The position numbers and the translations under genes are program-made. Under the pieces are notes generated by a model. That model searched no databases. It saw nothing but the letters and a program-made list of their open reading frames with translations, and was not told the origin of the DNA. 64,000 bases of DNA, from contig DBQS01000016.1 of assembly GCA_002305355.1 (NCBI GenBank), positions 36,279 to 100,278 of the forward strand, read 5' to 3'. This DNA is from Patescibacteria group bacterium UBA1388 (lineage in GTDB: Bacteria; Patescibacteriota; Microgenomatia; UBA1400; PJMF01). Positions 57,301 through 64,000 of the stretch are shown one piece after another (position 1 is the first letter of the stretch; every line of letters starts with the position of its first letter).

Positions 57301-57533
57301 GCTAGCTGGGGATGAGTTAGTAATCGGACTACAAAATCATAAAGATCAGGATTTTCCAGATTCTTGATTTCCAACATACTCTTAATCTTTGGGTCGAGTT
57401 GTTGCTCCAGCTCTGCCAGTGGTGCATTATTATCTGAGATGGGATCAATAACTTCTTCAAGATCATGCTCTATTGATGTGGGTGGCAACTCAGCAACTGG
57501 TGATGCCAATTTATCTAATTCTGCTTCACTCAT
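54303..57533 (-). CDS. Giant (1076 aa) uncharacterised protein: a long alpha-helical repeat-like N-terminal region and a C-terminal HD-type phosphohydrolase domain.
   Basis: C-terminal H...HD...H...D motif set: LREHTLMV, LALHDIGK, FEQHEYS, AVVDQDILGEY. No P-loop. The central region carries HYGGVSFVIRD with no clear family. Confidence 0.55.
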   Translation of the reverse strand: MSEAELDKLASPVAELPPTSIEHDLEEVIDPISDNNAPLAELEQQLDPKIKSMLEIKNLENPDLYDFVVRLLTHPQLASLSTNVRRFLVDYFTSKPYQEEVDLLIHFLFEDKIYEHKAFKYLSYLGVDALIKLITLYHVQIDELNEILSLYVELIRDENDEHYFEQYFLDPSLFAKGDQLNMEEYKKYLGLLSNKEICDALLSHAQEFASFETIIQKGLINSIIPDKKAGQIGEYVIIAKQINSILRNSSFFKDSLPLYSLINRGVDIKTAQTACNLINSSAYRELTNRVKFAIEHMCDDLDPFACVDFLRDTMTSRDFLEFNAYIQLALVKLFDGNNAAQIIEMLKIYKADERFVNKSKNRSIGLYLTLSSIGLKSVDDIMKAMDIDDYISSLGIPDLEIFSKELLPQLLPLSLEQAKQAAKEIGEIFIANNVPLFVRQYLVFERLYFQTGTIFRETRFWKELKSRGSEANLSPFLRMLAENVDQLIESGTVTEQSLSNVDVVKMVFWRDLLHIAIDSADQSLMSFLTEMRENQAILDRARASEFQGVSEEEATILDSFFQQIKAILSHDIKNPKNNVPQKNLPLSDQYRQLIELVGSADANIVDYLVEKYFSTAGYGTIEEILSRMNEVKLLAHERNLSSLQLLSKQGSSAESQFENRDDRHRTLNFAAGDLIKAVNIDNCHSILQTGFKSREFLGSEGDTANSDRTPYDADFFRILPSDLQGDEHEVDLQGIIDNHYGGVSFVIRDREQFYLSFKNNTKPEGDFRRKRKDRYELIPSRLLGQRHYGVRTGIAATEIDAIVINGNLTDLQLQQLYFQIANNGFYIPVCDINGRVQFFIEDYQSNQIDSQLINSCLTVSQFSPDQLIQAFESCPYMKALYTLDSGVSEKYTLREHTLMVMAQFEKYFANDYDLSAITKDNFRILLALHDIGKSLAAKDGKKFEQHEYSKKILQFALPACGLSPKESEKLMAVVDQDILGEYFVTATIEGSLEKAVRKIKSLAKTLRTQPREVLELIRIYYSSDAGSYTADASGRKDKNNLGYIFQFGNSQGKPPVTFSEKYQPKFDKLVEAIERI

Positions 57534-57801
57534 AGAGTCATCTTAGCAGATACAAGTAGGGGGATTCTAGATCTGCTTGACCAAGATTGGAAGTTTTAAG
57601 TTTTGTCTGGAGTAGTCAATCTAGCACAGAAAAACCTTTGCTCACCAAATTCTCTTAATAAATTATTAACTGCTACTTATTGCTTTTATAATCAATTCTC
57701 AATGATTATCTAGTTGCAGTCATCATAATTTTTTGCAATTGTATTGCAGCCAACTGGTAGTCTATGATTGAAATTGATATTAAGTTAGGTTTTTCATCCA
57801 T

Positions 57802-58785
57802 ATGGCCCAAACAAATGAGACAATACCTTTAGAAATTTTAGCAAGCGAAGAGATTCCATCTATTAATTCTAATGGTCGTCTAAGAAGAGTGGGCATGAGA
57901 ATTTTTCGAAAAGGCGCTGAGATATTAACTAACATGCCCGGTAGTGAAAATTTTGTTCCTTACTTAAGATTGGCTGCTTCTGAAACACTTTGTCGCTTTC
58001 AGTACGGACGGGGAGACATGCCTCTGGTAGTGGGTATAGAAACCACATCCATATGCAATCGAAAATGTTCTTACTGCACGCAAAACAACCCTGAATTTAG
58101 AGATAAACACCCTACTAAATACATGAGTGCAGATTTATATACGAAAATTATTCAAGAATTGGCGGAATTTCAAAGAACATTTGATAAGAAAGGGTTTTGT
58201 GGAACATTGCATTTAAACGGTTTTGGAGAACCTTTGAAAGATCCAAGCATTATCAGCAGAGTTGAGGAGGCAAGAAACGCACTAGCAGAAGCAAGAATTG
58301 GTTTTTATTCAAATGGTGATTTACTCACTGAAGACAAATATCTGCAACTACGCGCCGCTGGCATTGACGAGATTTTAATAACTCCCCATGGTGGTCAACA
58401 TCCAAAAAAATTAGTTTCCCTAGCAACAAAATATAAGCAAGATCGCATCATTACCTTGCTGCCTCCTTTAGTGACATATTCTAACCGTGGGGGCGAGGTT
58501 GAATTAGGCGATAAAACCCAACAATCCCCTGTCCGTCATTGCATTCATCCAACTTATGCATTAGAGATAACCTCGAATGGAGTGGCAATTTATTGTGCAA
58601 ACGACTCAATGTTAAGAAGACCCAGAGGAAATGTGGCAGAGTCTTCAATAATGAGTATTTGGGATGATCCAACTTATGTGAAATTAAGACGCGATTTAAG
58701 ACGCGGCAATATTGACCGGCTGCCGGATGTTTGCCTAGCTTGCAGAACCAATGGTTCTAATCCATCAGCAAACAATAATGCTTAA
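57802..58785 (+). CDS. Radical SAM enzyme with a C-terminal SPASM/twitch-like Cys-rich domain and an N-terminal extension of about 75 aa.
   Basis: CNRKCSYC (CxxxCxxC) at residues about 85-92. C-terminal C...P...LEITSNGVAIYC and DVCLAC. Confidence 0.75.
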   Translation: MAQTNETIPLEILASEEIPSINSNGRLRRVGMRIFRKGAEILTNMPGSENFVPYLRLAASETLCRFQYGRGDMPLVVGIETTSICNRKCSYCTQNNPEFRDKHPTKYMSADLYTKIIQELAEFQRTFDKKGFCGTLHLNGFGEPLKDPSIISRVEEARNALAEARIGFYSNGDLLTEDKYLQLRAAGIDEILITPHGGQHPKKLVSLATKYKQDRIITLLPPLVTYSNRGGEVELGDKTQQSPVRHCIHPTYALEITSNGVAIYCANDSMLRRPRGNVAESSIMSIWDDPTYVKLRRDLRRGNIDRLPDVCLACRTNGSNPSANNNA

Positions 58786-58808
58786 ACCAATTAAAACTTC
58801 TTAGAACG

Positions 58809-59384
58809 TTATCCGCATCTTTTTGAAATGCTGATAAATATATAGAGTAAAGCGAAAAATAAAATCGTCCAACTGAGAATAAACAAAATCAACTTCGGTG
58901 CAAGCAACACAGGAACCAACCAAACCACACTCACGATGGCTAGAGTAAATATTGATAAATAAACTAAGCTAATAAATATTACACTTTGCCTTAATTTAAG
59001 ACGTGATTGATTTTTCCAAATCCTTTTAAATAAAACCTGGGCCAAAAACCCAACCCCGGCCAACACTACCAAGACTATCAGCACCTGGATAAAACTAGTG
59101 TTTGGTACGAGTTGACCAACAATCAACAGCTCTACTGCTTGATATGGTTGTGCCAATAATATTTGTTTTTGATTGATTGTACTAGAAATATTCTCATGAT
59201 TCATACTCAGGGCAATTAGGCCGACCGGCAATGCTGATAAAATCAATAGATTAAAAATCAATAATCCCAGCAAGGTGTGAAGACAGTAATCAAGCAAAAT
59301 TTTGATGATTTGATGTACTATTTTTGGGCAAGAGAGAATTTTTGAATAATTTTTGCTTTTTTTCACTTCTTGATTATAGAACAA
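58809..59384 (-). CDS. Multi-TM membrane protein.
   Basis: Hydrophobicity only. Confidence 0.35.
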   Translation of the reverse strand: MFYNQEVKKSKNYSKILSCPKIVHQIIKILLDYCLHTLLGLLIFNLLILSALPVGLIALSMNHENISSTINQKQILLAQPYQAVELLIVGQLVPNTSFIQVLIVLVVLAGVGFLAQVLFKRIWKNQSRLKLRQSVIFISLVYLSIFTLAIVSVVWLVPVLLAPKLILFILSWTILFFALLYIFISISKRCG

Positions 59385-59493
59385 TTTTTGGGGATTTTTA
59401 AAATGTAAATTTAAATCTCGCTTCTTTATTGCATGCTAAATAATTTGAAATCAAATTTATGATCAGGTTTGAATCCATAAGTTATAATAACAT

Positions 59494-60966
59494 ATGCAAA
59501 AAGAACGACTTTCAAGAAGAGATTTTCTAAAACTGGCAGCAGTCCCAATCGGAGTAGCTATTCTCGGAATTGAAGACTGTCAAAATTTGCATGCAGAAAG
59601 TTCTCCCGATCAACTAATCACCCCCGAATCAACGGATGGCTCCTACTGGCCATCGATGTACGATGTTGGTTATTGGGATGTTGTGAAGAATCAAAGCTAT
59701 TACTACAAAATGGGAGAAGTAATCCAAAAAATTAAGTATAGCCACAACGTCACAGCTGTTGGTTTTGGTTTTGAAACGCATATCCCAATTGGTAAAGACA
59801 AGCGTGTAGGCCCCAACTCAAATACTGTTAGTGAAGACTGGTTTTCATCAACGCCAGAAGGATCATATCAATTTAGATATCAAGATTTTATGACAACTTA
59901 TGGGGAATATATGGAGTATCTATATAATCTCTCTACTAATGAGGGTTTTAATGATTTTAAGATCAATATTGAATATCGAGTAATTCAACATCTTGATCCA
60001 AGTGTCATGATGTGTGTATTAAGCGATTTAACCGACGCAATTACCTGTAATTCAAATAATTATTCACTAACACTCGTTAATATCAATTACCTATTAAATC
60101 CTCTGAACAACTCAAATGAAAATAAGCTGATTGATGGTGAAATACTTCGATTTGCACTTACCCATGAATTTTTGCATTCTACCCGTGACTTGAATGGATA
60201 TGTTAGGTCATATATGGATGAGGCGTTCGCTGATGCATTTGCTATTGATTACTACACCGCCCATCCGCTTACACCACTCTATGACAAACAAAAAGTGATC
60301 TCAATAATCAGGACTAATAGGGCAAAGTTATTCTTTGATCGTCGACAAATCAGCAATAAAGCATCAGAAGGTTACGAACACTCTGCCTTGGTTTCACAAC
60401 TGATGAGAAAATATCAATACAACTGGCAGCAAGTCTTTGCAAATCTTAAAGCCAGCAGATGTCACTTATTTCGATTATCCTATGACGAGATACTGCAAAT
60501 AATTTTCCCCAATATTGATCTTGAAGAAGCCTATGTCCAATATTTGGGGCAAGCCTTGCTAGATCCTGGTGTTGGAGACGCAGATTTGTTTGATCACGTT
60601 AGACAGATGCGGCAAGACAACATTAATTTACTGGAAATAGGTTTCCCAGACCAAACATTCACTCTTCAGCCGGGAGAATTCAAATATATTGCTTTTGATA
60701 CAACAAGTATTAGGGGTGATTTCACACCCCAGTTGAAAGTGACCGATGAATTGCTGGCAGGCATGTTGATAGAAGATGAACAACGCATTGTTAGAGTACA
60801 TAATGGCACACTTTTCCGTGAAAAAGATGAGGGCAGACACGTGGGTTTTGTGATCTATAATCATGGTGAGTCTGACGGCACTGTTGTCATGACGGCATTT
60901 GATTTAAGATCATTAACAGAAAGAACTCATTTGCCAAATATTTTAAATAGCTCCTCTCCATTTTGA
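59494..60966 (+). CDS. Tat-signal exported protein with an HExxH motif (putative zinc metallopeptidase).
   Basis: N-terminus MQKERLSRRDFLKLAAVPIGVAILGI is a consensus twin-arginine motif (SRRxFLK). Internal FALTHEFLHSTRD has HExxH. Confidence 0.5.
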   Translation: MQKERLSRRDFLKLAAVPIGVAILGIEDCQNLHAESSPDQLITPESTDGSYWPSMYDVGYWDVVKNQSYYYKMGEVIQKIKYSHNVTAVGFGFETHIPIGKDKRVGPNSNTVSEDWFSSTPEGSYQFRYQDFMTTYGEYMEYLYNLSTNEGFNDFKINIEYRVIQHLDPSVMMCVLSDLTDAITCNSNNYSLTLVNINYLLNPLNNSNENKLIDGEILRFALTHEFLHSTRDLNGYVRSYMDEAFADAFAIDYYTAHPLTPLYDKQKVISIIRTNRAKLFFDRRQISNKASEGYEHSALVSQLMRKYQYNWQQVFANLKASRCHLFRLSYDEILQIIFPNIDLEEAYVQYLGQALLDPGVGDADLFDHVRQMRQDNINLLEIGFPDQTFTLQPGEFKYIAFDTTSIRGDFTPQLKVTDELLAGMLIEDEQRIVRVHNGTLFREKDEGRHVGFVIYNHGESDGTVVMTAFDLRSLTERTHLPNILNSSSPF

Positions 60967-61403
60967 AAATCAATTTGTCGTTTTTCTTGAATTTTTTTTG
61001 CTATCACAGCCGGCAAAATAACCAAAGACAAAAGTACAAAGAACCAAGTATCACCTCGCCAAAAATAGTAAGTTTGCAGCACTTCCGTCAAATTGAGATG
61101 ACGAATAAACACATTCATCCCCGTTTCAAACACTATCGTCATTATCATCCATATCAATCCTACAAAATAAAGATCCCGTGAACGGTAATTTTGATGCACA
61201 TTTTTTAGAAATGCGTATATCGCCAGTGCAAATAATAGTATTGCAGTTAATGAACTAATTTGATGAGCCCAAATGCCAATTATCGGTTCAAGTAGAGGTT
61301 TATAAGTTGTCTCTCTAATAACTGCATTGACCAGTGCCATTGATAGCAATATGAACCAGAAAGCAATTGATTTTAAATAAAAGCGATTCATTTTGATTAT
61401 CAT
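60927..61403 (-). CDS. Four-TM membrane protein.
   Basis: Hydrophobicity only. Confidence 0.35.
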   Translation of the reverse strand: MIIKMNRFYLKSIAFWFILLSMALVNAVIRETTYKPLLEPIIGIWAHQISSLTAILLFALAIYAFLKNVHQNYRSRDLYFVGLIWMIMTIVFETGMNVFIRHLNLTEVLQTYYFWRGDTWFFVLLSLVILPAVIAKKIQEKRQIDFQNGEELFKIFGK

Positions 61404-61596
61404 GTCAATGGTATTATCTAGTTTTTAAACAAAAATAAACACTCTCTAATTGTAAGACTGTAAAAATTTAACATACTTTCAATCAGCATAAAATAGTGGT
61501 TGTTATGATTAATGACATAATGCGCCATGTCAGTCACCTTAATGTGACAAAGATCACTTCAACACCTATAATCAGCTTCATCATTCATCTATAGCA

Positions 61597-62259
61597 ATGT
61601 CAAAACAAACTTCTCAACCCGTGATTAAATTTGCAGATGTTTCGCTGCAGTTTAGTCACAAAGAAATTTTTGATCACCTTAATTTGACTATCAATTCAGG
61701 AGAAAAATTGGTGATTTTTGGTAAGTCAGGGATTGGCAAAAGTTCCTTGCTCAAACTAATTTTGGGGTTCGTCAGACCAGACTCTGGCGATGTCTATATC
61801 TTGGATAAGAAAGTTTGTTCCAATCATATTAACTGGGTAAGAACCAAAGTGGCATACGTTGACCAAGATGTGATGATTGGCGAAGGGCAAGTTGAAGATT
61901 TAATCAATGAGTATTTTTCTTTTCAAGCCAATCAGCAGCTAACTGTGAGCCGAAAGAAGGTCCTCTCTCTCATGACTGAGTTTGAATTACCCTCAACCCT
62001 GCTTCAACAAAATATTCAAGAACTGTCTGGAGGAGAAAGACAGCGGCTAGCTTTGGTGATTGCTTTATTGCTAAAAAGACCAATTATTTTACTAGATGAA
62101 GTCACAGCATCACTTGATCCGACTTCCAAAAAAATTGTGATTGCCAATCTATTAAAACAGAAAGACCTGACTGCCATCATCGTCACCCATGATCAAGAAT
62201 GGAAAAAACTGCCCCAAGTAAAATTATTTGATTTTAAGGATCAGAAATGGATACGATAG
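61597..62259 (+). CDS. ABC transporter ATP-binding protein (YbbL/FetA-like).
   Basis: Walker A GKSGIGKSSLLKLILG, signature LSGGERQRLALVIALL, Walker B ILLDEVTASLD. Confidence 0.8.
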   Translation: MSKQTSQPVIKFADVSLQFSHKEIFDHLNLTINSGEKLVIFGKSGIGKSSLLKLILGFVRPDSGDVYILDKKVCSNHINWVRTKVAYVDQDVMIGEGQVEDLINEYFSFQANQQLTVSRKKVLSLMTEFELPSTLLQQNIQELSGGERQRLALVIALLLKRPIILLDEVTASLDPTSKKIVIANLLKQKDLTAIIVTHDQEWKKLPQVKLFDFKDQKWIR

Positions 62260-63029
62260 ATATTTCGGTGCTAGGATTGATTGCTGCCTTTGCACTAATT
62301 ATTCCCACCTTGCTTGCTGATCAATATTTTCAGCTAGGCTTGCGGCGAGACTCGTTGACCTCAATTGCCAAAATGTCACTCCAACTAATGTTGGTTGGCT
62401 TTTTTTTGGAGTATATATTTCAGCAAAACAGCTGGTGGTTAAATTTGACTTGGTTTGCCTTAATGGTAGGTACAGCAGTTTTTTCTACCGTTGATAGAGC
62501 AAAAATTGATTTAAAACCCATCTGGTGGCTAATTTTGATTACATTTGCAATTCCTACTCTGCTAGTCTTGATTTACTTCAATTCTTTCATCATCCGGCTA
62601 GATTACTTATTTGATGCTAGGTATTTAATCGCATTAGGCGGTATGTTGCTTGGCAACGTTTTGAGCACCAACATTGTAGCAATCAATAATTTCTTTCAAA
62701 ATATCAAAGATCAACAGAAATATTATTTATATAGATTGGCGATGGGAGCAACGCGCAAAGAAGCTTTAGCGCCCTTTTTTAAACAGAGCGTGCAACTCGC
62801 CATCTCACCCAGCCTCGCCAAGACCGCCACGATTGGGATTGTGTCGCTTCCTGGCATGATGAGCGGCCAAATAATTGCTGGCTCATCTCCTAGTACTGCG
62901 ATTAAATATCAAATTGCCATCATGATTGCAATTTATGTGGCGAGCATGTTGAGCGTGATTATGACGATTCTATTGACCAGCTGGAAAAGTTTTGACGGCT
63001 GCGGAATGCTAAAACAAAGTCGCACTTAA
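62247..63029 (+). CDS. ABC exporter permease, YbbM/FetB (UPF0014)-like. Overlaps the ATPase gene by 13 nt.
   Basis: About 260 aa with 7-8 TM helices. Matches the YbbM-type size and pairing. Confidence 0.6.
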   Translation: MDTIDISVLGLIAAFALIIPTLLADQYFQLGLRRDSLTSIAKMSLQLMLVGFFLEYIFQQNSWWLNLTWFALMVGTAVFSTVDRAKIDLKPIWWLILITFAIPTLLVLIYFNSFIIRLDYLFDARYLIALGGMLLGNVLSTNIVAINNFFQNIKDQQKYYLYRLAMGATRKEALAPFFKQSVQLAISPSLAKTATIGIVSLPGMMSGQIIAGSSPSTAIKYQIAIMIAIYVASMLSVIMTILLTSWKSFDGCGMLKQSRT

Positions 63030-63168
63030 AATTTTAATCCTATTTTTTTCGGGCAGTATTCTTAGATTTTTTTTCTAGTAATATCTCAGGACTCATTTGA
63101 GTAATATGAAGAATGAGGGGTATCAGTACGACCGCTCCCGTTACAATCAAACCAATTATGAGTTGAAA

Positions 63169-64000
63169 TCATAAGCTGATATATTCTTTTGCGGCCGGCA
63201 CACTAAAATCATCTTTCACATCAGTCAATACTGTTGGCCAATTAGGTAAATCTGCTGGTAAATCTCCGTTGGTGTGAGTAATAACATAAACAAATTCATT
63301 ATTACGAGTCAATTCTTCCATCCCCATCATTTCTATTTCGTCAAAATTATCGTAAACATCAGGCGGATATAAATTTATCACCCAAACCATACTTTCTTCA
63401 TCAGCGCAAGCAGCTGGATTCTGTGGCTCAGTCTCAAAGCTGGCACCTTGATCTAAGCTATAACAATAACCATAACTGGGATACTCACCCTCTAGATGCA
63501 ACGGGCGTTGTTTAATTAGTCTAAAAACAGGATCATCCAAATAATAACTAAAACTATTGGCTGTATCCGAAGAATTTGCAACGTAAATTTTTCCTGGTCT
63601 GTCAACGTCATTTGCACCAGCGCTTGGCGCAGTGCTCATCTCTGTATCAGGAGCAGATTTTAATGCTACAGTTTGCAAACCAATAACTTTGTCTTCCCAT
63701 AGAGTAGCGTTGAGCAGATCATCGTAGCTGACAAATAATTGTATATCTTCACTAACATCTTGATCAATTTCTGCTTCAAAAGAAGGTTCTCTACCTAGTA
63801 ATTGATTAAGTTGCTCTAAAGAAGTAGCTGCATAAAAATCCTTAGGTTCCAAATTAAGATAAATCCCATTTTCTAGTTCTACGTCAAAATTAAAGTGTTG
63901 CCGAGCTACAAAGTCACCGTCTTGAAACACAAAAATTTCATCTAAATAGATATATTTCCAATTCTCCAAAATCTGGTCATTATCTTTGGCAATAGTAAAG
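63169..64000 (-). CDS. Acidic hypothetical protein, N-terminally truncated by the window edge.
   Basis: The reading frame stays open upstream of the TTG at 63969 through to position 64000. Confidence 0.4.
   Translation of the reverse strand, partial: FTIAKDNDQILENWKYIYLDEIFVFQDGDFVARQHFNFDVELENGIYLNLEPKDFYAATSLEQLNQLLGREPSFEAEIDQDVSEDIQLFVSYDDLLNATLWEDKVIGLQTVALKSAPDTEMSTAPSAGANDVDRPGKIYVANSSDTANSFSYYLDDPVFRLIKQRPLHLEGEYPSYGYCYSLDQGASFETEPQNPAACADEESMVWVINLYPPDVYDNFDEIEMMGMEELTRNNEFVYVITHTNGDLPADLPNWPTVLTDVKDDFSVPAAKEYISL

Noticed and set aside
1-64000. Alternative genetic code (stop-codon recoding), as in some candidate phyla.
   Set aside because: Long conserved genes (argS 601 aa, pilB 564 aa, Clp-like 824 aa, LeuDH-like 351 aa) are uninterrupted under the standard code. 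The only in-frame stops sit in a gene that also carries a frameshift.
1-64000. CRISPR arrays, rRNA or tRNA genes.
   Set aside because: No regularly spaced direct repeats were found, and no T-arm/acceptor-like tRNA signatures or rRNA-like conserved stretches were recognised by eye in the intergenic regions. A tRNAscan or Infernal run would be needed to exclude small ncRNAs.

Overview
This is a low-GC (roughly 38-40%) bacterial chromosomal window that is densely coding under the standard genetic code. Long conserved genes such as argS and a Clp-like ATPase are intact, so no stop-codon recoding is indicated. No rRNA, tRNA or CRISPR array was recognised.

Recognisable content:
- Housekeeping genes: argS, greA, pcm, an Hsp20 small heat-shock protein, a Leu/Phe/Val-type amino-acid dehydrogenase, a CcdA-like thiol-disulfide transporter, an LCP-family protein, and a CobW/COG0523 GTPase.
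- Type IV pilus genes: adjacent pilB and pilC, plus a cluster of prepilin-type proteins at the left end. One of these is a 660-aa pilin-like protein with LVIVD beta-propeller repeats.
- Five histidine kinases and five response regulators.
- A glycosyltransferase family 2 (GT2) gene and GT-C-like membrane glycosyltransferase genes, one of them disrupted.
- A FetAB-like ABC exporter pair.
- One IS481-like insertion sequence (13567-14643) with a 7-bp target-site duplication, inserted into the 3' end of a Y-family polymerase gene. Related IS-terminus repeats occur at about 45.85 kb.

Candidate novel systems:
1. A roughly 10-kb co-directional, overlap-coupled array (10161 down to 58) that joins an amino-acid dehydrogenase, a PaaK-like adenylating enzyme, a ThiF/E1-like enzyme and a nitroreductase-fold protein to a GAF sensor kinase and four pilin-like genes.
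2. A three-gene minus-strand module (57533 down to 51186): a 1076-aa protein with a C-terminal HD phosphohydrolase motif, a small multi-TM protein, and a membrane-anchored Hsp100/Clp-like double AAA+ ATPase whose first Walker B motif is degenerate.
3. A radical SAM/SPASM enzyme divergent from module 2, followed by a membrane protein and a Tat-signal HExxH protein.

All functional calls rest on motif recognition by eye and need HMM or BLAST confirmation.
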